From Geosiphon pyriformis uo1 (lineage: Eukaryota; Fungi; Glomeromycota), in assembly GCA_016748015.1 (NCBI GenBank), contig JAAOMT010000697.1, positions 1,243,281 through 1,307,280 of the forward strand: 64,000 bases of DNA. The letters run 5' to 3'. Made by a program: the position numbers and the translations under genes. Shown piece by piece: positions 38,421 through 51,824 of the stretch. The number at the start of each line of letters is the position of its first letter. Position 1 is the stretch's first letter. The notes beneath the pieces are model-generated. The model ran no database searches, was not told the DNA's origin, and worked only from the letters and a program-made list of their open reading frames with translations.

Positions 38421-41400
38421 TTAATTTTTTAGACCAAAAAGTCTTATTTTCTTTAAAAAATCTGGATAATAAAAAATAATATAAAAAAAATAAAACAACA
38501 ATAGTAAAAATTAATTTATATTAGATATAATATTGTCTAATTACTTAAATATTAAAATCAACTGTAAATAAATATACAAAAACTGTCTAATATAAATAGA
38601 GTTTTTTTCATCTTATATATAAAAATTCTGAATATATACTTACAAAAGCTTAAAGATTTCTTTTAAATAAAAAAATTCAAAGGCTAAGAAGAAAAGTTTA
38701 TTATATAAGATAAATTTTTATTCACAGTTTGATTATAATATGTTAAAAATAAACTATAATTAAAGTGACTTATTTAATAACAATAAAATTGTATCATCTG
38801 CATTATTCTCCTATTTTTACATAATTGTAGTTAAAAAAACATATTAAGTACTGAGATATATCTTTTTAAGTCTTGAGTTTTTTAGCAAAACACATTTTTT
38901 TAAAGACTTTTGCAGTAGTTAGAAAATGTTGTACTCATAATCTACACAATTTTTTATTGTTTATCAAAGACATAGATTAACAAATTTTTGTTATCATAAA
39001 ATTATAGTCAAGATTATCTTAATATTCAATATAACAACAAAAGTATTAGAGAAATTTTTTCTCATAGTTATAAAATTCTATTAATTCCTTATGCATAATT
39101 CTACAAACAAAGCTATTTGAACAGTCTATCTGTATTAAAGTCTAAAAAAAGTTAGCATTTTATTACACAATAATTAGTACTTACTGCCATAAATTATTCT
39201 AACAATTCACATTCTCTGAATTTTAATTAACTTTTTTATTAAATTTACCAACATTTTTAAAAATTTTGAATCCTTTTATTTTAAAAAATTTAGTGTTAAA
39301 AGGATTAATTCATATTTCTGAAATTTTAATCAACATTATACTTATTTAATTTATATTTTTAATGTTTCTTAATATTCAAATATTATAGCAGTCTGATTGT
39401 AATAATTATATATTAAATGCTATATATTTTTACAAAAAACAGTAAAAATATTACAATTTTTTCTATTTGATAAATAAAAAAGTCAAGCTGTTAAAAATTT
39501 TAAGGACATATATTACGTATATTACAAATTTTATATAAACTAAATTACAGTATGATTCTTATTTGTATTTTTATTATTCTCTGTATTAATTTATCTTAAT
39601 ATTTTCTATTTTAATTTTAATGTTAAACTGGCTTAAATATATTATAGCTTTATTAAAAAACTACAAAAAGCTAAATTAAAAAACTTAAATAAATTTTGTA
39701 AATCTGCAAAGCTAAAATAGTTTTTTATATTCATATAAAAAATATACTGTGTTATAAATAAAGCTTAATATAATTATTAATAAGTTTTTTGATAATTATA
39801 ACTAAATATTTTTACTGTTGAATTTATTTTTTTTATTGTTTAAGAAAAAATTCTAAACTTTAAATCTTAAATAATTTATAAAAGTGCTATAAATAAAAAA
39901 GTTTTGTTTTTTATTTAAAAAATATATTTTATTAATTTTTATTGAATTATATTTATTTTTTATATATTTAAAACAATTAATAATCAACTATCTAAATTTT
40001 TTGTCTTGAAAAAAAAAATTATTTTCAAATATAAGAATATAAAAACATAATCTTTATAATTATATTAACTACAAATAAAAAATACTATTTAAAATTTTTT
40101 TATTAAAATAATACTTAGAAAATAAAATATTCAAAAATTATACTTGGATAAAATAAAAAAAAGTTAAAAAAGTATTTTACTTTTAATTTTATGTAAATTA
40201 TTAACTTGTTTTTTTTACCTAAAAAATTTTAAAACTTTAAACTTTTAAAGTCATTTTTAAAAGTGCTTTGCATAAAGAAATATTTTTGTTAATTGTTTAT
40301 TAATTTAATTGATTTTTTTTATATTTAAATATTGATTTTAGATTTTTAATATTTATATTAATAAGTATTCAAACAGTCGAAACTAATTATATTAAAAAAG
40401 TTATTTTTAAAAATAAAAAACAAAGAGTAATATTTAAAATTATATATATACTATAAACAAAACATATCAATTATAATTTTTATTAAATTAATACAGTTTT
40501 TATCAGAATTATATTAATAATTAATTCTATATTTGAAATATAGACATATAGTCATATACTATTTTGATTTTTTTTTTAAAAAAAATTAATATAAACAAAA
40601 CATATTATAAAAGCAAATAGTAGTAATTAATTTCAAATAACTTTTTTTATTAAAGTTTTATTTTGCTTTTTTTCTGCTTATTTTAATTATATTTACTGTT
40701 AAATTCATTTATTTTTTTAAAATAATTTATTAAAAATTTATAATAATAAAATAAAATAAAATAAATATGTTAAAAAAACATGTTTAAATATAATAATTTG
40801 TCACAGAAAAAAGATTTAATTGTCCAATTTTATATAAAAAGTAAAATATAAAAAAAAAGAGTTTAATAATAAATAATAAGTTTAGAATAGTTAATATATA
40901 GGGTTTGTTTTTTGTATATTTTAGAATAATTATATAAAAAAACAGGTTTGTTAAAAGTGTTTTGGTAAATTTTGATTTTAGTAGAAGTATTAATTTTATC
41001 TTTAATATTTTTTGTTATTGTTATCAGCTAAAATTTAAGCCATAATTACTGTTAATAATAATAAAAATTTAACCCAGACTTATAGTTATTACAAACCAGA
41101 CTATTAAACCAAAATTATAATTATCTCTAATCAAAATTTAGACCAAAAGATTGCTTTAATTTTTAATATAACAGATTATTTATTAGAATTCCCAATTATT
41201 TAAATTTTTATTGAAGGGTAAATATTAATTCTGCAATAAATTTTTATTGACAGGCAATGTAAGATTATTATAGAGAAATTAGTTGCTATTTTTATAAAAA
41301 AATGTCTTACTTTAAGCTGCTGTTTCCGAAATTTTAATGGAAAAATTTGATTTCTTTGAAAGATTTGTATAGGTTGAAAGAAGCTTCATAAAAAGTCCAA

Positions 41401-43192
41401 ATTTCTTGGGTTTTTATTTATGAGAAATATTATACATAAAAATTTTGGAAACTCTTAATCTCTTAATCCATTGAGCAAATCCATTTGAGTCAATGGTTAA
41501 TAACTCATTCAAAAATTCCTCCACCATTTGTAAAAATATCCTCATTCTCATTGCCTGGATTTAATCTATAGTCGAATATGGTTTGAATTGATGAAGATTC
41601 ATTAGTGTTAGTGTCAAATTATCGAGTTAATATTCTAGATCTAAATTATTTTCAGCATTCATAGTATATTAATTGAAATAATATATTTATCTAAAAAAAA
41701 TTCATAAAATGAGAGAAATTTTATTTTTACACAAAAATCAATATAAAATAATGAATTGAAATCTAATTTTAATGAAACTTTCAAGATTCTTTTTTCAAAA
41801 AAATCTTCCAAACAATAATCAAGCTTTAAATTTAATATCTAGAAATTTCATGCAAAGCTTGCAATTAATCCATAATTAAAAAGTAATATATATTAGTTTA
41901 TTATTTCATCCCAATATAAATATTAAAAGAGAATATAATAAGTGTCATCATTACAATCTGATCACGAAATAACGATAACACCCGATACCACTCCTTTATT
42001 ATCTATGGTAAAAAGACAGAATTTTACAACCTTTATATAGTCCTTTAAAACCCAATTTTTAGAGAAGCAATATAAAATCCAGACTTTTAAAGTGCAGAAT
42101 AGTTATATGTTCATTAGCTAAAATATTTTATAGCTTAAAGTTATTGGAAAACATTTAAATAAAAGCATACTAAAATTTTCACAAATTAGCATGATCATTT
42201 TATAAAAGGATATTTAATAAAATGGTTTTTTAAAACTTGTCACAGCTTAACACACTAAATTTATTCTTAAAAAACTTTGGTTTATAAAAGTTATTATTAT
42301 TGTTATAAATATTTAAATAAAATAAATATTATTTGCTTGCTAAGTCATATTTGTTTAAACTGATATACTTATCTAATAAAATAAAGAGAGTGTAATGAAT
42401 ATTTCTTTAATTTTAATGAATGTAATTTTTGACGAAAATAAATCTGATAAATTGAAAAAGTAATATATATAATTAAATCTTGAATATAGTTAAAAATTCA
42501 AAAAAGTTTTTTTTGAAAAAAGTATAAATGACCAATTAAATGGTTTCATATATGAGTTTTTTTAGTATTTATTTATTGTAGTTTTACTTAATGTGAAAAT
42601 TCAAATAAATACTTTAAAAACATATTAATAAAAATTTTAAAAATTGTAAACATAAATGTAGTCATAATCCAGTTTAATTACTAATACATAAAACTCCTTT
42701 GGTAAAAAAATGTTAAAATATTAAAAAAAGTTGCAAAATAAGAAATAATTTGGCATTTACTTTACTAGCTTCTGTCTATTTACTTTATAAATTTTTTAAA
42801 ATATTTAAGAATTTAAATGTATACTAAATTATCTAGTATAAATTTTATTGGTTTTTTATAATAAAGTTTTATATTCATGGTTAACAAAAATTTTTATCAA
42901 CTATATTAAGATAAAGTATTTTATTAATTAATAATTTCATATTTAAAATAATTAAAGCATAGTTGTTTTATTTCAATGTACATTTTATTAAAATCTAAAT
43001 CAGCTGCAACTATAACCTTTGTAAATTTTAACTAGTATATGTATAATGAAACCTAGCCACTTAAATCAAAATGATTTTCAATATCTATTATAACACTCTC
43101 TGTATAACCCCATCATAACGGCGAAAATTTTTGCTGTTCTAGTTAAATACTATACATTTGATTTAAAAATCCCGCAACTATTTCATCATAAA

Positions 43193-45187
43193 ATGATGTC
43201 TTTAGCTGCCAAGTTACCTTTGCTAAAAACACCAACGTTACCAGTATCAGTGGTCGAATAGTTTGAAACCTTTATTCATAACAAACAAATCAAATATTTT
43301 GAATTCAATAAATTTCATAACAAAAACAGCTTGGTGATGAAGCTTTCAGCACTTTAGAGAAGGCAAATTATACTATAGGTGGTATGGATATAATATTCGC
43401 ATTGAAAAAACTTAAACGAGTCCCAGAAGATGATAAAACAGAAATAGAAGAATTCATAAAAGAGGTCTGAATGAAAATTTTTTACATGATTAGTAAAGTA
43501 AAAATTGCTATATTATTTAGCTAAAAAATTTCTAAAAACTTTTAGCTGAAATTCCTGCAAGATATTGATTTTTTCCCTAAATTCAAAAATTTTATGGTCT
43601 TAACAAAACTATAGAAGGTATTTATTCTCAAGGCTCTATGATAAAATTTATTTTACAAATCCTAATCTTACTTTATGAAAATGCTTTAGATAATAATACA
43701 AAACATATTTTAGTTTTTGAATACGTTAAAGGAGGTTCTTTGTGTGATCATCTATCATTAGAGTTTCAAAATATGAATGGAAAAGAAAAGCTTCTGATGG
43801 CACAGGAATTAGCAAGGGGAATTCAATGTCTTCATAAAAACCAAATGATTCATTAAAATCTTGTAGGTTTTAGACTTTGAGATTTCAAAAGCTATTTAAA
43901 AATTAGACTCTACCACTAAATTGTTTATTTTTAGAATTCATCAAATATTTTAGTGCATAACAAAACGGTAAAAATATCCGAAAAATCTAAGTGAAATGGC
44001 TAGGGTTAGCCAATGAGCTTAAAGGCCAACCTGCTTACATAGACCCTCAATGTTTTAAAGATGAACAATTTATTCGAAATAAGAAATCAGACATTTATGC
44101 TCTGAGCGTCCTCCTATAGGAATTAACAAGTGGTCGCTCACCATTCAAAAATACTAAAAAGTGGACACTTATGTGTAAGTAAATTTTAATTTAGCATATT
44201 TCTTTAAAAGTTTACTTATATGTAAAAACTACCAAATATTATTAGTCCAAATTGCTAATGGTATACGAGAAACTCCTATCGAAAAGACACTAACTGAATA
44301 TATTGCATTGTATAAAAAGTGTTGGAATGAATTACTCAATAAACGGCCTAGCATTAACGAAATGAACGAAAAACTCAAGAGAATTCAATGGAATTCGGAA
44401 CATGCTTTGAGTTCTCAAACGGGCTACGTAGAATTAACACCGCAGTTAACAAGTGAAACCACCTTAGTAAGATCTATGGGTTTGGCTAATACAAGCATCA
44501 TGGCTCTTTTACAAGATATTTTCACTATAATCAACGAAGTCTTAAACATCTATACATATGAAGATATCTCAAAAATAATTCCTCGGGTAGAAAAACACCT
44601 TACAAATACTGGGCAAAGTTCGACAGATCTTTTCGAATCTGCTTGGTTTTTTTTACCAATTTGGAATTGAGATTGATATCAACTTGGAGCAGGCATTTTT
44701 AAAATATCAGAAAAGCGCTTCTCAAAAAAACCCCTTGGGACAATTTTTCCTTGGAAAATGTTATATTAAGGATACTGGCACTGAAAGAAATAATGCAAAA
44801 GCAGTTGAATGGTATACTAAAGCTGCGTAAAATGGACATTTAGATGTGCAAAATATTCTTGGAGTTTGCTATAAAAATGGGAAAGGAGTAACCAAAGACC
44901 TTGCAAAAGTAGTTGAATAGTATAAAAAAGCAGTGGAAAAAAAACATGTAGATGCACAGTTTAACCTTGCTTCTTGCTATGAAAATGGGAAAGATTTTGC
45001 AAGAGCTGTTAAATGGTATAAAAAAACAGCGGAAAAAGAACATTTAAGGGCAGATTTTAGCCTTGTTTCTTGTTATGAAAATGGGAAAAGAGTAACCAAA
45101 GATCTTTCAAAGGCAGATGAATGGCGTACAAAAGCATGGCAACTAAATACAAAAGGAAAGAACGATTTGATGTTTAAACTTTTATAG
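43193..45187 (+). pseudogene. TKL kinase + Sel1-like repeats, copy B (kinase N-terminal, ~4 SLRs), 4 GT-AG introns
   Basis: FALKKLK..EEFIKE, intron 43465-43545; intron 43618-43689; ILVFEYVKGGSLCDHL..IH*NL, intron 43863-43934; NSSNILVH, GQPAYIDPQCF, KSDIYALSVLL*ELTSGRSPF, intron 44175-44245; YKKCWNELLNKRPSI; SLRs LGQFFLGKCY, GHLDVQNILGVCYKNG, HVDAQFNLASCYENG. Stops, frameshifts and a lost DFG motif. Confidence 0.9.
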
Positions 45188-45918
45188 ACTCTTAATTTCT
45201 TAGCAAGAACTATTAATCTTCACTATGGAATTATAATCTTGCAATATACTAGTTTGAGAATTGGTCGAAAATAATATTCTTTACTGAGATAATCTTTGCA
45301 TCACAATCAGCTTTAAAGTTATTGAAAAAGTTTCAATGGAGAACTTTTCTGAGACTTGCTACAACTTGATTTATTGAATTTTTTTTAAACGACTTTGGTT
45401 TGCAAAAACTGTCATTGTTGTTATCAATTTTTAAAAGTATATGTTTTACATATTAAATTATTTGCCTAGCATAATATATTAATCTAAACGAGAAAAAAGA
45501 ATATTTTCCTTAGTTTTAATGAGTTTTATTTTTAAAAAATTAAATTTTTAGAATGCTGAATTTGATAAACTGTGAAAACTAATAAAAAATAAATCCTTAA
45601 ATATAGTTGAAATTTAAAAATGCTTTCTTAAACATGAAAAAAATATATATTTATTTTGTTAAAACAATAATTTGGAACATAAGAAAATATAAATAAATTA
45701 TTAAATTTCAGTATCTTTTAAATTTATAACCAAGCTCTTTCATTCAATGACAAACAGGTTTACTTTTTCTAAACGGCTATCAACAATTATAGACATAATA
45801 TGGGTATTTAATTTAATAGATAATAAAATGCTATAATAGCAAGCTAGAAAAATAATTTCAGCAACAATATTACTAAATTCTGCCTATTTACCTTGCAAAT
45901 TTTTAGATTATTATCATC

Positions 45919-45921
<3 letters not shown>

Positions 45922-45954
<33 letters not shown>
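45922..45954. repeat. (ATT)11 microsatellite
   Basis: Perfect trinucleotide run. Confidence 0.9.
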
Positions 45955-48900
45955 TATATAAAATATTATTAAGCATTGTTCATATATGTTAAAGCAGTAT
46001 TTTGACATTTCTTATGAGGAAAGGTGATTCTCTTCCAAATGAATGAACATTTTTAAAATGATATTGTTATTTCGATTAAAATTAAATTGGCATGTGGGAT
46101 ATGAAAAAATCAGAATGAAATTTAAGCATTTAAAATTCTGATAATCTATATAGTTATTTTAGAAATCTCAAAATTTAAAGGGCATAAAGAAACCTGTAAT
46201 GAAATAATGACATTAAAAAAATAGGCTAAAACTCTGTAATTTAGAGAATTAAATAAATATTCTCAACACAAAACCGTTCTAATTGGAAGTTTTTTGGTAA
46301 CTCCAAAGAATAAAGTATTGAGAATTTCTCATGTTTTTATCAAGCCTAAAAGAAAGCCAAAGGTCTCGGAATCAGTCAAATTAAAAGCAAAAATTTGAGA
46401 GAAAAAGCATCCTTAAATGCTCTTCTAAATATTTGAAAGCAACGCGTATTTTCTTTGAATATTTAAAAAATAGATGCCTAACATTTATTTTTGTATAGCA
46501 TGAAAAATTTGATTTATAGTCAAAAACTGACTGAACTATAATCAAAAGGCAAGGAATAAGCAAAAAAATAAAAGTTTCCATTTGTGAAAAACAGAAATAA
46601 ATTATTTCCAATAGTCGAACTACCGAGAAAAAAAATTCACTTTTCGCGCAGCCAAATATTTCCTTCGTGAAAAGTCTAATGTTAAGAAAACGATTTAATG
46701 ATAAATCTGAAATAAATTCCAAAAAAATTCAAATTAAAGTTAAGCTTAAATCAATTTTTATATTTCCTAAAGAACCTATAATAGCTGTTGTCAGCTTTTG
46801 ATGTACAAAAACGGAAAAAAAATTTTTTCTTCATAAATTGATATTTTTATTAAACTAACTATTTTTTGTTTTTGCTTTACTATCAGAATTTTAAATTAAA
46901 ATTACTTTTTTGTCATATATTAATTTATTGGAAAAATAAGATTATTAGCATTTGCAAAAAAATATCCATTCTCAATCGAAAATAAGTGTGCTATTTTGTG
47001 ATGATTACTTACCTGTGGTTTTTTCTTTCTGCATCCATTTATATCTGTCTCCTTTCCATTGAGAGAGATTTCGGGTGTGCTTATGGCACAAATTATCAAA
47101 TAATTTAGACCCAAGTTCTCTTTCCTATTTAACATAGCTAATCAAAATACGTATCTTTTTGCAGCTACCAGAAAGAAGAGGTCTTTTGATACGGGTTTTA
47201 TATCCTCAATATATGAAAATCTAAAACAATTTTCTAATCAAGTCAAGTTTGTGTTGTTTTTTACATTACATGTTGTCTCAATTTCTCAATTGATATTTGA
47301 GTTGATTAAAAATGGCTTTAACTAAAAATTGTAATCATTAATAATTTTACTTTGTAAATTAGAAGCATCTTATAAATTTCATTTTCAAAATAATTATTGT
47401 AAAAACAGTAATAAAATATTTGTAGTTGCAACTAAATTATGCATTTAAAATTTCTGATTATACTTAGATAAAAAATTCAAACGTATATTTAGAGTTTTGG
47501 TATTTTGTTCCAAGTATAATAGCTAATAAAAAAAATGTTTCTTCATGGATAAAATACTGAAATTCAAAAAATATATATGCAGCCCTTCATAATTTATTAA
47601 GTATAATTAAAAATATTTATTTTTTTGAAATTTTAAATACTTATTTTATTTTTTTAAAATTAAAATTTTCTATTATAAAAATTTTTATCATGACAAAAAT
47701 TAATAAACCCAAAATTTTATAAATTTGCATAAAGTTTGCAGAGGCGGAATTTATTAGTTTAAAATTTTTTATATAATTGTATTCATTATTTAATATTCCA
47801 ATATATATTTATATATATAATAGTTAATGATTATATTTTTAACATCAATAAAAAATCCTTCTTTGCTCAAATTTTTATCTGTTTTATTTAGATAAATAAA
47901 AGTGTCTTATAAAATTGCAAGTTAGAATATCTCTTAAAAAAAACAAAAAGAATGATTAAAACAAAATTTGCAAGAAATGAAATATTTTTTATAATAACCA
48001 ATATAGAATTCAGAATGTTATGCTATCTACATATTATTACTTATAAAAAACCAAAACAAAATTAAATTAATTATTTGAACAAAACTACTTGGCTATTTAG
48101 TTCGAATATTTCATTAATGCTAGATTAAAAATTGAATCAGAAAAGCCACATAGAATTGTTGTAAGATTTGATCTTCAATTTTTAGAACAGCAACTTTTTT
48201 GTTTTATTATTAAAATTATTAAAGATAAATTAATCTTCAATACTTAATTTCTATCTAACCATATATCATATGGTATTTTTTTTAATAAATAGTTTTATTT
48301 AGCAAATTTTTAGAAGAATTAATATATTATCCAATTAAAATTTGTTATTAATACAATAATATTATTTTATAAAGAAAGTAAAAATTTCAAGATATTTATT
48401 TTTTAAACATAATTATTATTTTAAGTTTTAAAATGAATTAAATATTTAATAACTTTTATTTATATAAGATAATAGTTTTGCAATTGTTTTCGTCACATTG
48501 ATTCTAATGAATCTAATAGTTCAAATTCATTTTTATTATTTAAATTTGATTCAAAAAAATTTGGTATTATTGCAACAGATCTTATTTTTTATAAATGTAA
48601 AAAAAATAGTCTTCATTAATTTAAGTTTTAAGTTGAAAATTTGGAATTATTTTCCTTATTAAGTTAAAAATAAAATAAAATAAAAATTATTTTTAATATT
48701 TGTAATAACTATAATTTAGTTAAATTTTACAATTAAAACTCATTTCTTTAGTTTATTAATAAGTAGTTTTAAATACAAAAGCAAAAAAAGAAATTTAATC
48801 ATTGTAAATAAATTTGGTTTGTTAAGTTTTGAAGTTAAAAAAATACAAATTTGTTAAAGATAAATTAATCAAATTATTTTTGAAAAAATAATTATTAAAA

Positions 48901-49948
48901 AATAACCATTTAATTGTTTTTGATTGATGTAAGAAAAAAATAATGTGTTATTGTGAATTTTTGAAAAATAAGCAATTTTTAAATTGCTTAAGAATTTATA
49001 TAATTATACATACATCAGAACCGTTTTTCCCAATTTTTACTTTTAGCTGATTTTTATTATAATTAATATTTCAAATTATATAAATATATATTAGTTTTAA
49101 TTGGCTATTGTCAAAATATATCAATAATATAAAGTATTATTTTCTTTTGTATATTTAACTTTGTTAATTGAGAATCGTTTGTTTTAAATTTTAAAAAGTT
49201 TTATATTATTTTTCAACAATTATAAATAAATTGTTAATAAGATAAATAAATAGTGAATTTTTGGTACCTCTTGAGAAATATTTGTGATACAAAAAAAATA
49301 GAATTTCGGTGTTGCGAATTATATTAAAACCAAAAAGCAAAAAACTGTAACATCTAAAGAATTTTAATGAAAAATTCCAAAGAATACATTTAGTTATTGT
49401 CTTAAATTTGAATTACATTAATACAACAAAAATTCATATAAATATCTTTGAAAATTTTTGGATAAATTCAAATAACCTAAAAGATTTTGATTATTCAGTT
49501 TAAGTTAGCTTAATGAAAATTTGAACATCATTTAATGTAAATATAATAATTTTAAATTAGATTGATAGATTACAACGTAATAAAATTAAAAGTACATCAA
49601 AAACGTTAAATCTAATTTCCGGAATAAAATACGTAATTTGTATTTGTGACAAAATAAATTAAGAATAATTATTTATTTTATATATAATTTTTAAAATATT
49701 GTAAATGTAAAATCTGATAAACAAAAACAAATTATTTTTTTTGATTGTTTAAAAACTTTAAATTATAATATTTTTATTTTTATAATTAAAAATTTACTTA
49801 TTAAATTTTATATTAAAATAACAATTTAGCCTTTGTGGCTTAATATATACGTACATGAATTCCGTCACACAAGATGAACAAAGTGATGGGTCAATTAGCA
49901 TAAAATATTTCACAGTTGAAATAGATTTTTTATGTATCATTTTTCCAA

Positions 49949-50323
49949 ATGATGAGCAGCAAAAAGAAAACCATTGAAGGTAAAGCTGAAGCTAGTACTT
50001 TTGTGATAGTCAGTACTGATTCAACTATAGAAAATAAAAGAAAAAAAATAGATGTGAACCAGGATTTTATAATCATTGACGTTAATATATGTGATGCATC
50101 TAACCCAAGCAAAATTCCCCTGAAATCAGAACTAACTCAAGGTAAAATAGACTTAGTACAAGTATTGTTTTTTGGAGAATCATTTATTGTTATCTATGAA
50201 AAAATAGCTTTCCTAGACCTTGACTTTTATGTTGGTAAATCTGCCAAAGAAGATGTGGACAAAGAGGAATTTAAGACTCCAGGTCAAGATATTGCTTCAA
50301 CTACCCCAAACAAAAGACCATGA
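49949..50323 (+). other. Unidentified coding-like fragment (basic NLS-like KRKK, acidic/TP-rich); possible intron 50142-50217
   Basis: 124-aa ORF in a locally GC-elevated patch; GTAAAA...CCTAG inside it; no recognisable domain. Confidence 0.25.
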
Positions 50324-51824
50324 AAGAATAATTATGTAATATTACTCTAAAAAGCATACAATTCTTCTTAAAAGGGAGTTTTAACATTAGTTGGGATCAA
50401 AAAAATTCATTTTTTGGAAAATAACATTTACAGTTTACCACAAAAGTAACCGACACTTTATAACTTGTTACATGGTAAAATAAATAAATAAATTTTATTT
50501 GAAAGTGTAAAATGTTACTCTGATACTAATCAACTCAATTCTAGTCAAAGTTTTTATAATTTTTAATCTACTTCAAAGGTTTTTTTATGTTTGTCAGTTA
50601 GTAAAAAATTTGGAAAGTGTAGCATTATACCTTCAGGTAAAAATTGTTGAATTGTGTCTACACTATTTTCTTATTTCCCGTTGTATATCAGTGGCAGTTA
50701 GATAAATTTTTTTTTTTGCAAGCTATACAATTTTGGCATCTTGTTTCGGGTTTGTGATTTGTTTTCAGCCAAATTTTGCTTAATCCCTAAAGTCTTTTGT
50801 TTCCTTCCATCTTTTAACCTAAAGAAGTACTGTAAGCTATCAAAACATTCCTAGTATAAATGTCAATGAGACTTCCTCATTTAAATAGCTTTAATATCAT
50901 TTGTTGATGTATTTAGAATTCGATATTATTCAAATCTTTAGATCTTTCCAATTTAAATCAAAATATAACCAAGTTCAAATTAAAGAATTATAGATTATTT
51001 CTCTTAAATTCACAACAAAATAATTCTTTTGTTCATGTAAAAATATACTTTAATTTAATCAATTCCAAATTTCACCTAACCCAAATTTGTTTAGTGTTTA
51101 TTGAATCTATAGAAAGATGTTTTAAAATATAAAGCAACAAATATTTTAAATAAGCAAATAGTTCTTAGTAGCAAATAACATATTTTAAATAATGAGTGAG
51201 ATATTTTAATGAAAAGGCAAGAATTATAACAGTTAAAGCAATTGACCACTAAAAAAATAATATTGATTAAAGAAATATATATGAATTAATTATCTTTGTG
51301 TTTTAATTCCGATTGAATCTGAGTGCTGCAAAAAAGTAAATTAGTTTCAATAAATTAAATAAGATACTCAGTATCTATTTAAATAAAATTAACGAGATTT
51401 AATGAATTGTAAAAATATGACAAAACATATTTATTCTTTCTTTCTATTTAATCTTAACATTTTAATATTTAACATGACAATACTTTAATATGAAAATGGC
51501 CACTAATTGAATTTATTAATTTATCCGAAATATTAAATTTTCTATCAAACATATTTATACATAAAATTTTTGAAAATAAAATGCTTTACAGTCAATAATA
51601 CTCATATTCAAAAATAAAGGTAAAACTTCTTTTAAAAATAAAACTATATATGATAGTCTATATTATATATAAATCTAAATATAAATAAAAAACCGATTCC
51701 TTCTCCAATTTTTCATTTGTTTCATTATTAAAGTGCTTACTGATTTTATAAGACACACATGTATTAATTCATCATTGCTAATTTAATCAATTCCCAAATC
51801 CAAATCCAACTCTAAAAAAGGTGT

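Noticed and set aside
41250-41665. Possible minus-strand gene remnant (MNAENNLDL..FLQMVEEFLNELL)
   Set aside because: Interrupted by stops and no recognisable domain.
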